Part shown: positions 33,439-41,217 of the stretch, one piece after another | Numbering within the stretch: the first letter of the stretch is position 1 | Layout: every line of letters begins with the position of its first letter | Notes under the pieces: generated by a model | Database searches by the model: none | Seen by the model: only the letters and a program-made list of their open reading frames with translations | What the model was told of the DNA's origin: nothing | Program-made: the position numbers and the translations under genes | Assembly: GCA_030693425.1 (NCBI GenBank) | Contig: JAUYAM010000002.1 | Coordinates: 256,632-320,631 of the forward strand | Reading direction: 5' to 3' | Length of the DNA stretch: 64,000 nucleotides | Origin: a bacterium | GTDB taxonomy: Bacteria > Patescibacteriota > Minisyncoccia > Minisyncoccales > GWA2-46-15

Positions 33439-34425
33439 CTACTTGAGAACGCGGATTTGAGAAAAGTTTTTTCCGGTTAATCCTTCCAATTCTATTGGCT
33501 CGATGGAAAAGTTTCTACTGGCAATTTGTTTCGGAGAAAAAATCCATTCGGCATAACTCTCATTGCGCCTCTCTAACGCTCCCGCTCCGACCCAAAATTT
33601 AACGACGGAGGTTTTCGTCGATCCTACGGCAATAGTCACGGGAAGAGAAGTGCTTACTACCATAATTGTATTCTCATTTCGGTAATACGGCCGGCGTTTT
33701 GAAATCTGCACATAAGAGTCATGAATAATTTGCACCCTTTCCCGCCAAAAAGGATCTTTTACCTGTTCGGTATCGGACTTCACATTAAGCTCAATTGCTT
33801 GGATCTGCTCTGGTGTTAAGGACGGAAACTTCCCCGTTCCTCCCAGTTCTCCGGTACGTTTTGCTATTTCTATTTCAAGATCCTTTTTGAAATCTTCATG
33901 GCTTTCGTATTGATCTTCAACGCGGCTCAGGGTAAATAAAAAATTGGAAGGAATATGTGGTTTTACGAAATCTAAAAGGTTTTTAAAGCCTGCAATATAA
34001 TGCTTGGTATCCTCTTGAGGAATATTATTCATTATGGGGACAATGACGTCATCGGAGAAAAAATCAAAATGGACGCCTGGCGGATAAGCAGCAATTATAG
34101 GTTTCAACCAGTCAATAAAATAAATCATACTAAACAGCTCTGCCCAATCCGGCTCGGGAGATTCGGCTAACCGCCAGAGCTTATACCCTCCAAAAACCCA
34201 TACAAAAGATATTTTTTGTCTGGTTTCTACGCTTTTATGGATAACGCTCATTATGTGTTTTTGACAATCGGGCGAGAGAGCGTATTTTCTAAATTTCTTT
34301 GAGGTCAGTTTTTTATATATAAACTCCTCAATACCAAAATCATCAAGAAGTTTTTTATCTTCCGTTGTATATTCGTAGGATGTACAGTTCTTTAACTTGG
34401 TTGAAAGATATTCTTGTATTTCCAT
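33439..34425 (-). CDS. hypothetical protein
   Basis: Start moved to MEIQEYLSTKL (ATG 34423-34425) because the first 22 codons of the tracked ORF overlap tRNA-Cys. No family recognised. Confidence 0.6.
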   Translation of the reverse strand: MEIQEYLSTKLKNCTSYEYTTEDKKLLDDFGIEEFIYKKLTSKKFRKYALSPDCQKHIMSVIHKSVETRQKISFVWVFGGYKLWRLAESPEPDWAELFSMIYFIDWLKPIIAAYPPGVHFDFFSDDVIVPIMNNIPQEDTKHYIAGFKNLLDFVKPHIPSNFLFTLSRVEDQYESHEDFKKDLEIEIAKRTGELGGTGKFPSLTPEQIQAIELNVKSDTEQVKDPFWRERVQIIHDSYVQISKRRPYYRNENTIMVVSTSLPVTIAVGSTKTSVVKFWVGAGALERRNESYAEWIFSPKQIASRNFSIEPIELEGLTGKNFSQIRVLK

Positions 34426-34433
34426 AAAACAAG

Positions 34434-34505
34434 AGATGCGGGGAGGATTTGAACCTCCGTACCCTGCTTTGCAGGCAGGTGCCTGAACCACTCGGCTACC
34501 GCATC
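34434..34505 (-). tRNA. tRNA-Cys (GCA)
   Basis: Canonical cloverleaf on the reverse strand. Acceptor GATGCGG/CCGCATC, D loop with GG, anticodon loop CTGCAAA, T arm GGAGG-TTCAAAT-CCTCC, discriminator U. No encoded CCA. Confidence 0.92.
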
Positions 34506-34630
34506 AAACCGTCTTTATCCTATCAAAAAACCCCGTACAACAACAGAGTTGTATACGGAACAAGCCGCCTCTTTGGCGATAAAATCAGAAAACGTGGGAG
34601 GTCGGACCTCCTCTGTCCTTTGTTTTTAAC

Positions 34631-34649
34631 TTAGAAACTTAGTTTCTAA
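34631..34649. repeat. AGAAAC-TTA-GTTTCT hairpin, copy 3, abutting a stop codon
   Basis: TTAGAAACTTAGTTTCTAA ends 1 nt before the stop (34651) of the beta-propeller gene. Confidence 0.7.
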
Positions 34650-34650
34650 T

Positions 34651-36660
34651 TTAGAAGCTGAGTTCCCCTATTCTTGCCCAATCAAGCTCGTTAAGAACGA
34701 CGATCTTGTCTTCGCCGATAATGTAAAGATAATCGTCCAAATAGATGGCTCTTTTGGCAGAAATATTACTGACAGCCTTTTTCATTTCTAGGTTGTCTCC
34801 TTTGTAAGAGAAAATGTAGCCTCCCTGGCTTCCGGGCAAAAAGAAAACCTCATGCTTTGTGTCTAGCAAAAAGGCGTGGTGGGTTGAAAGAACGTCAGAC
34901 CAGTACTCGTCCAAAGTGTATTTTGCCACTTCTCTGGGATTTGAAGCAGAACTGACGTCGAACAAGGAAACCTTGACTTGAGAACCCTCCTTGCCAATGC
35001 CCAAAACCTTGTCTTTGGAAATTGGCTGGAGATAAGACGAATAGCCGGGAATCTTCAACTCCCCTTTCATGGCCGGATTCCTGGGATCAGCCAGGTCTAA
35101 GACATAGAAGGGATCGGTTTCCCTGAAAGTAACCAGATAGCCCCTGTCTTCAACAAACCTGGCAGAATAGATCCTTTCAGTCAATCCTAGATTTTTTACA
35201 GAGCCGGTAATTTTCAGGTCTTTGTCTAAGACATAGACGTCGTTTGCCATTTCATTTCCTCCAGAGCCGAATCCCCAACCCCACCACCTTTGGCCAATAG
35301 TGACGGCAATTCTCAAATTGCCCTGGTATTCATCCAAACTAAACTGATTCAAAGGATGGCCGGGAATGCTGCCGACGGCCGCAACCTTAAAGTCAGACAG
35401 GCTTATTTTAACAATGCCTGTTTTCTCCAAATCCCGCATGTTTTCTTTTAAATAATCTCCCAGCCTGTTTGTCAGTTCGTTCTCAAACTTCAATCTTTCA
35501 TCATCTTTTAAAGAGCTTTGAAACTTTTCCAGGATCATCTGAAGCTCCATCATTTTTGTCTGCTGGCTCAAATCATAGCCAGATAACTTCTCCAGTTTTT
35601 CAGCAACCCACGAAGGAAAAAGGTCTTTGGCTTTTTCTTTAAGAAAACTCAAGAAAAACCTGGTCGTATCCTCAAAGTAAGAATAGGTTGCAAAGATTGC
35701 GTTTCCCGACATATAGACAACAGAACTTCCGGTAGAACCGACAAAGGAAACATTCTCTTCTATCTTGCCGGATGAGGGATCTAGGATCATGGCCGTGAAG
35801 GTGGTGTCAACGGGAACAGGGTCTACGGGGTGGTAAATGTCCTGACATCTAATACTCAACGGTGTCTCTCCAGCTTTCAAGATCTCGATTGGGCAAGGGC
35901 TATTTTGATTAATATTCGTCTGGGTCACTAAATAAATCTTGCCGTCTTTTAATCTCGAAGCGACCAGCCAAACATTATTATCAAGCTTTAAGCTCCACTT
36001 TTCTTTTGGTTTTTTGGGGTCAGAAACGTCATAGCCTACGATCTCCTGATTGGAGAAAACCACCAAGGTATTCTTTGTTAAAAGAAGATTGCCGTTTTTT
36101 TCAATCTCGGCGTCAAGCTTTAAATCTGCCGGCGGAAAAGCTTTGATAACCTTGGTGGTGGAACGGAATTCCGGTGGATACATTTCATCTTCTAGAAAAG
36201 GCCTGCCAAGATTTTCCATCATTGGCCACCACGAACGCTCCTGAGAAAAATAGATTTCCTTTCCGTCGGTCTTGACAATGTCCGGCTCGTCAATGCCGGT
36301 CACCTGGACCGTTGTTTCAGAAACCCTTTCTGCGGCTCCTGACCCGAGGCCGCCGGGCACAGCCATAGGCATTGCCTCTTTTAGGGCAACCATATTGTCA
36401 AAAGAAGTGCTCGCTTCGCTGGCCAGTTGAAGATAACTCCTGAAATCTTCCTCAGAAACAAACTTTTTGATATCTTTCAAAGACATTTGCTGCCCGGGAA
36501 TCCTCGGCAAAACGATTCTGGGAAGCTTTGGAAAGTAAATAGACAGCTGCGGCAGCAAGCCCTGAGAATCCATCCAGATAAATCCTAGAGCCAGCAGAAA
36601 AACTGTGCTTAAAACTAAAAACGATAACTTACTGCCAACCTCTTTTTTAAAGTTGATCAT
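34651..36660 (-). CDS. secreted beta-propeller domain protein (Beta_propel-like)
   Basis: 669-aa ORF. N-terminal TM/signal. The C-terminal half has YVLDL..P...GELKIPGYSSYL.P......LGIG and VSLFDVS..S.P, as I recall for the Beta_propel family. Confidence 0.7.
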   Translation of the reverse strand: MINFKKEVGSKLSFLVLSTVFLLALGFIWMDSQGLLPQLSIYFPKLPRIVLPRIPGQQMSLKDIKKFVSEEDFRSYLQLASEASTSFDNMVALKEAMPMAVPGGLGSGAAERVSETTVQVTGIDEPDIVKTDGKEIYFSQERSWWPMMENLGRPFLEDEMYPPEFRSTTKVIKAFPPADLKLDAEIEKNGNLLLTKNTLVVFSNQEIVGYDVSDPKKPKEKWSLKLDNNVWLVASRLKDGKIYLVTQTNINQNSPCPIEILKAGETPLSIRCQDIYHPVDPVPVDTTFTAMILDPSSGKIEENVSFVGSTGSSVVYMSGNAIFATYSYFEDTTRFFLSFLKEKAKDLFPSWVAEKLEKLSGYDLSQQTKMMELQMILEKFQSSLKDDERLKFENELTNRLGDYLKENMRDLEKTGIVKISLSDFKVAAVGSIPGHPLNQFSLDEYQGNLRIAVTIGQRWWGWGFGSGGNEMANDVYVLDKDLKITGSVKNLGLTERIYSARFVEDRGYLVTFRETDPFYVLDLADPRNPAMKGELKIPGYSSYLQPISKDKVLGIGKEGSQVKVSLFDVSSASNPREVAKYTLDEYWSDVLSTHHAFLLDTKHEVFFLPGSQGGYIFSYKGDNLEMKKAVSNISAKRAIYLDDYLYIIGEDKIVVLNELDWARIGELSF

Positions 36661-36685
36661 GTTAAATGTTTTTTTAATTTCAAAT

Positions 36686-36952
36686 TTATTTGCCCCAGAA
36701 CTCGTCAGCCTCCTTTTCCATTTTATGCAAACGGGTATAATAATCGGGAAATTCGTTCAAGTGAGCTAAGGCGATCTTGCCGGTTAAAAGAGGGTCGTCG
36801 TTAGTGACATTGGTAAGGGAATCTCTTTTGCCGTGCTCCAGCTCGACATCCATGCCTTGTCTGAATTGGTCAACGTCGAATCTCTGCCAGTCAAGGTCCA
36901 GGGCGTCACCGACTTTTTTAACTTCTTCTAAAGAAAAATGGTTTTCGCTCAT
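36686..36952 (-). CDS. small DUF5661-like protein
   Basis: Start at MSENHFSLEEV (ATG 36950-36952). GMDVELEHG...GKIALAHLNEFPDYYTRL motif recalled for that family. Confidence 0.55.
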   Translation of the reverse strand: MSENHFSLEEVKKVGDALDLDWQRFDVDQFRQGMDVELEHGKRDSLTNVTNDDPLLTGKIALAHLNEFPDYYTRLHKMEKEADEFWGK

Positions 36953-37030
36953 AATTACCGTTATTTTAATAAGTTTCCGCCGTAACAGGAAACCCTGGAT
37001 CAGAGGGTTTCCTGTTCGGGCTTTCAATAA

Positions 37031-37840
37031 CTACTTTGAAATGATTCCCTGGAGAACCTGGATCGCCTTTGCCAAAAGCCTGGACATCTCTTCTAAAATA
37101 TTCAGAAGCTCTTTCAGGTCTTCGTTCGGAGGCGTCTGGCTGCCGGTGATAGAAAAGGGGTTGTCGCTTTCGTCCCAATTGATTGAAGGCGACGGCCAAA
37201 TCAGATCGGGCTTTATAGATGTGTTGTCACTCTCGGAGCGATAAATAGTCATAGTCCCCTGACCGACGCTGATCCTGACGACGTAATCAGAACCGTTGGG
37301 GATGTCGCTGGAAATCTTCCAGGAATAAGAGTTGGCAAACAGATTAACTGTTGCTATATGTTTCACAAAAAAGATATAGCCAGGATCGTCTGTGTTTGAA
37401 GATCTTCTGAAAAGGTCAATTGAAGCTTTTGACCAATGGGGCGGCATAATTTTCGCATTATTGGTTTTCAGTTCTATAGGATAAGTAACGCTCCATTTAA
37501 CGGTCTGAATCTGGCCTCTATCCCAGATTTCCCCGCCATTCGGAGAAACCACGGTCACTTTATAGTCAACCGGGAAAATACACTTGTAGGTTTCGTCGTC
37601 GACAACTCCGGTTTGAGGCAAATTGCATTTTACCTGGACTTTCTGGACTGCCTTTTGGGTCACTGGCCCAAAATAGCCGGTTGCCTGTCCGGGGAAAATG
37701 GTGCTATCTGCTCTCAAAGCTTCCTGGATGTTCTTGACTTCTTCGCTCCTGGTGCCGATGGAAACTCCTGCTAAAGCGCTGTTTCCGGCAGCTAAAACCA
37801 GGATTGAAAGGAAAATGATTAAAGTTTTTTTCATATTCAA
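37031..37840 (-). CDS. secreted peptidoglycan-binding-domain protein
   Basis: 269-aa ORF. Signal peptide, then G..SEEVKNIQEAL....GYFGPVTQKAVQKVQ....TGVVDDET (PG_binding_1-like), then a beta-rich domain. Confidence 0.7.
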   Translation of the reverse strand: MNMKKTLIIFLSILVLAAGNSALAGVSIGTRSEEVKNIQEALRADSTIFPGQATGYFGPVTQKAVQKVQVKCNLPQTGVVDDETYKCIFPVDYKVTVVSPNGGEIWDRGQIQTVKWSVTYPIELKTNNAKIMPPHWSKASIDLFRRSSNTDDPGYIFFVKHIATVNLFANSYSWKISSDIPNGSDYVVRISVGQGTMTIYRSESDNTSIKPDLIWPSPSINWDESDNPFSITGSQTPPNEDLKELLNILEEMSRLLAKAIQVLQGIISK

Positions 37841-37907
37841 TGTTTTTTAATTGTTAATCGATTCGACCTTTCTTCAAAGAGAACGCGGGAATTTTAGAAT
37901 CGTTGCG

Positions 37908-38681
37908 TTACTCTTTTACATCAACCAGCTCAATTTTTTTGACGCTGGCCGATTCCAAATCAATTCTGCCTTCCCAGCTCTGGCCGTTTTTCTTGTAAAT
38001 TACGGCCGCTTCTTTTCCGGACAGAACTTCTATCTTATTTCCTTTTTTAACCAGTTTGAGCTGGATTAAAACCGGTCTAATTTCTTTGATTTCTGCCTCA
38101 AGGGGAATTTCTTTCCTGACTCTCTGGCTCTGTTCGCTGATTTCCCTAACCGCTTCCTCTTCTTCCTGATTGAAAGACAAAGACGGTTGAGGCAATTCTT
38201 TTATCTGGGAAACCTTTTTCCCTCTAAAATCGACCTCGACCAGAAAAGCCGAACCGGATACAGCCTGAGGCGCTGCTAATTTTTGGGCACTGCCGACATC
38301 TGAAAATAAAGGTATAGACTCCGGCATTTCCGACTCTTTAGCTAATTTCCCCAGGCGCACCAGCATATAGCCCCTGGAGCCGGCAAGCTCGGTCTCTCCA
38401 ATGATGCCCCCTTGCTCAATCAATGATCTAAAATTGGAATCTCTCAAAGCGATCTCCTTGGCCAGGGCAATATCCGGCCTCTGAAAAGTGGGAACTCTTA
38501 AAACCAGGGCGAACAGGACAACAAAGGCAAATCCCAAGGCGACGCTTCTGAATGGGCTAAAAACTTCTTTTTTGGCATAGTTTTTGAGCAAAACCGCCCT
38601 CAATTTCTGTTTGTGGCCTAAAAGTTCGATTTCGGGAACTTTTACTCTTTCCAGTTTTTTTTCTAAATCCTGATTTTCCAT
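37908..38681 (-). CDS. single-pass membrane protein, putative anti-sigma factor
   Basis: 257-aa ORF immediately downstream of the ECF sigma gene. About 45 cytosolic aa, then one TM. Call is by position only. Confidence 0.5.
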   Translation of the reverse strand: MENQDLEKKLERVKVPEIELLGHKQKLRAVLLKNYAKKEVFSPFRSVALGFAFVVLFALVLRVPTFQRPDIALAKEIALRDSNFRSLIEQGGIIGETELAGSRGYMLVRLGKLAKESEMPESIPLFSDVGSAQKLAAPQAVSGSAFLVEVDFRGKKVSQIKELPQPSLSFNQEEEEAVREISEQSQRVRKEIPLEAEIKEIRPVLIQLKLVKKGNKIEVLSGKEAAVIYKKNGQSWEGRIDLESASVKKIELVDVKE

Positions 38682-38705
38682 GTCCTAAGTCATAACGTTA
38701 AAATC

Positions 38706-39275
38706 CTAAGTTGGTGGCATTTTTGCCTTTAAGTATTTTAAACCGCGGTGAATCAGGGACTTAACCGTTCCCTCTCTCTTGCCTAAAATTTCTGCTATTT
38801 CTTTTATCTGCTTTTTTTCGAAGAACCTCAAAACCAAAACTTGCTGGTATTTTTCCGGCAAAGTCATAATCTCTTTCTGGATGCAAAGAAAATCCTGGCA
38901 ATCTTTCAGCCTTTGCTCAGCAGCGACAACTTCTCCAAAAAGATCTTTTTCAAAGACCGGATCTAAGACCGAATTCAGGGAGATAGTCGGCTTTTTTTTG
39001 CGGAAAAAGTTGGCAATCTCGTTTGAGGCGATCCGGTAGAGCCAGGCCCCGAACATAGGCTTTCTCCCAAAAAAACTCTGCCACTGGAACTTCCTGACGT
39101 TTTTTAGGGCTTTGAGAAAAGTCTCGGAAACTACATCCTGGCTCGTTTCCAAATTGCCGGTTCTTTTTAAAACATAGCCGAAAATCCTGGAATAATACTG
39201 ATCGTAAAGCCGGCCGAAGGCTTCGGGATCTGTTTTCGCTTTTTTGGCTAAATCTCTTTCTTCTTCCGAAGTCAT
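38706..39275 (-). CDS. ECF-type RNA polymerase sigma-70 family factor
   Basis: 189-aa ORF. Region 2 (FGRLYDQYYSRIFGYVLKRTGN..SQDVVSETFLKA) and region 4 HTH (QIKEIAEILGKREGTVKSLIHRG). Confidence 0.88.
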   Translation of the reverse strand: MTSEEERDLAKKAKTDPEAFGRLYDQYYSRIFGYVLKRTGNLETSQDVVSETFLKALKNVRKFQWQSFFGRKPMFGAWLYRIASNEIANFFRKKKPTISLNSVLDPVFEKDLFGEVVAAEQRLKDCQDFLCIQKEIMTLPEKYQQVLVLRFFEKKQIKEIAEILGKREGTVKSLIHRGLKYLKAKMPPT

Positions 39276-39325
39276 TAAAAGGCTTGGTCCGTAACGGCCA
39301 GATGCAACCGCTGAATCTATGCAAA

Positions 39326-39601
39326 CTACGCTTTTTTCTGGCCGTAATTTCTCCAGGCCGCAGAAACGACCGGATCCATAATATCGAGCTCATTCAGGGC
39401 GACTTCCCTTATCTCCGGGCTGGTGATTTCTTCCTTGTCTCCGGCAAACCCAATTACTTTGGCGAGAATAGCCGCGGCCAGTTCTTCAACTTTGTCTTCG
39501 GCAAGATTAGCCGCCCGAGCCGCTAATCTAACTCCTTTCTTGACCTTTTCTGGATCAAAGGCTTCCTTGCTGCCGTCTTTTTTAACAACAAATTTAATCA
39601 T
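39326..39601 (-). CDS. standalone ATP-cone domain protein
   Basis: 91-aa ORF. VVKKDGSKEAFDPEKV..G............EITSPEIREVALNEL is the ATP-cone pattern. No Zn ribbon and no RNR catalytic part. Confidence 0.78.
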   Translation of the reverse strand: MIKFVVKKDGSKEAFDPEKVKKGVRLAARAANLAEDKVEELAAAILAKVIGFAGDKEEITSPEIREVALNELDIMDPVVSAAWRNYGQKKA

Positions 39602-39650
39602 AAAATTTTTTAAAAATGATTATCTCTCCGACCTTTAAACAATTCTTATT

Positions 39651-40724
39651 TTAAGCTCCGTGTTTGATTTCTATAACGTCGCCGTCTTGGACAACATAGT
39701 CCCTGCCCTCGGTGCGGATCAGGCCTTTTTCCCTGGCCAGAGCAAAACTGCCTATAGCAACCAAATCCTTATAATTAATAACTTCGGCCTTAATAAAATG
39801 AGTTTCAAAATCAGTGTGAATCGTGCCGGCTGCCCGCGCCAATTTAGTCCCGGTTTTGATCTGCCAGGCCTGGACCTGTTGGGAAACCGTAGTAAAAAAG
39901 GTGATCAAATTCAATAAAGAATATGCTTGTTTGATTAAAAGATCCAGGCCTGAGTCTGCAGGCAATCCCAAAGACTGCCTCTCTTCTTTGGTGAAACCGG
40001 CTGCCCCCAGTTCTTCCAAAACGTCAACAATCAGAAACGGCCAATTGTTTTTCCGGAAAACCTCTTTTGCTTCCTGCTCTGATTCTTCTTCTTTGGCATT
40101 CAAAAAACAGAGCCTGGGTTTGAGAGAAAGCAATTGGTAGTTTTTAAGAATCTGGTTTTCCTCCTCGCTAAAGTCTTTTTCTGCCAAAATCTCCCCCTTT
40201 TCCAAAACAGCTTTGATTTTTAACAGCAGTTCCGCTTCTTTCTGGGCCTCTTTTTTCCCGGACCTGGCCTCGCCGCCAACGCTCTCAATTCTTTTTCTGA
40301 CGGTTTCCATATCCTTTAAAACCAGCTCGGTGTCCAAGATTTCTTTTTCGCCAACCGGATCAACAACGTTTCTGGTGTTGATAATATCGCTGTTTTTAAA
40401 AGCGCGCAGGACATAAATAATCGCCACTGTTTCTCTGATGTGCGATAAAAATTGGTTTCCCAAACCCTCGCCCTGGTGGGCGCCCTTAACCAAACCGGCA
40501 ATATCAACAAACTCCACTGTCTCATAGATTTTCCTTGCCGAGCCGGTCAGCTGAGCCAGAACGTCAACCCTCGGGTCAGGAACTTCAACCACCCCGACAT
40601 TGGGATTAATGGTGGTAAAAGGATAGTTCGAGCAGTCAACCTGCTTTTTGGTCAGGGCTTGAAATAAGGTGGACTTTCCCACATTAGGCAAGCCAACAAT
40701 TCCGATGGATAAATGAGAAGCCAT
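39651..40724 (-). CDS. ychF: redox-regulated ATPase YchF
   Basis: 357-aa ORF. GIVGLPNVGKSTLFQALT, DIAGLVKGA, and a TGS-like C-terminus (GRDYVVQDGDVIEIKH). Confidence 0.93.
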   Translation of the reverse strand: MASHLSIGIVGLPNVGKSTLFQALTKKQVDCSNYPFTTINPNVGVVEVPDPRVDVLAQLTGSARKIYETVEFVDIAGLVKGAHQGEGLGNQFLSHIRETVAIIYVLRAFKNSDIINTRNVVDPVGEKEILDTELVLKDMETVRKRIESVGGEARSGKKEAQKEAELLLKIKAVLEKGEILAEKDFSEEENQILKNYQLLSLKPRLCFLNAKEEESEQEAKEVFRKNNWPFLIVDVLEELGAAGFTKEERQSLGLPADSGLDLLIKQAYSLLNLITFFTTVSQQVQAWQIKTGTKLARAAGTIHTDFETHFIKAEVINYKDLVAIGSFALAREKGLIRTEGRDYVVQDGDVIEIKHGA

Positions 40725-40964
40725 TACTCCAGTCTAAAGCAAAACAAAGGATTTGACAAAAAGCTGGACAAAAATAAAGGCTAGTTATTTAACCTGGTTA
40801 AGCAACTATTAAACTGCTTCTGTTTAAATTTCTTTCGACGTAACGTTATTTGAGTATGCCTACCGAGAGTTTTTATTTGCTTAATTCGATTTGACAAAAA
40901 TCTAAAGTTGCCGCAGCATAAAAGAGCTTTACCCATCCGCTCGTTCATAGAAAAGGAGTACATT

Positions 40965-41189
40965 ATGCAAACAGTTATCACCATCACCGAGAAAGACTCG
41001 TTCAAAAGGGCTGATATCGCGAGACGCATCCGGCACGCCGCGGAGAGATTGTCCGAACGGCTCGAGGACGGGCCTAACGGGACATTCCGCTTCACCGACC
41101 ACGGGCGGGCGGGAGATGGTAACCGACCGGTGACGGTTAGCCACTCCCACTTTCAGAAAATTCCCGGCATCAAGATCGAGGACGTCTAA
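40965..41189 (+). CDS. hypothetical small protein (G+C-rich orphan)
   Basis: 74 aa from the ATG at 40965, with SD AGGAG 6 nt upstream. GAGAGC-ATT-GCTCTC hairpin after the stop. Opposite strand to both neighbours. Confidence 0.5.
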   Translation: MQTVITITEKDSFKRADIARRIRHAAERLSERLEDGPNGTFRFTDHGRAGDGNRPVTVSHSHFQKIPGIKIEDV

Positions 41190-41217
41190 GAGAGCATTGC
41201 TCTCAGGACCGGTTCTA

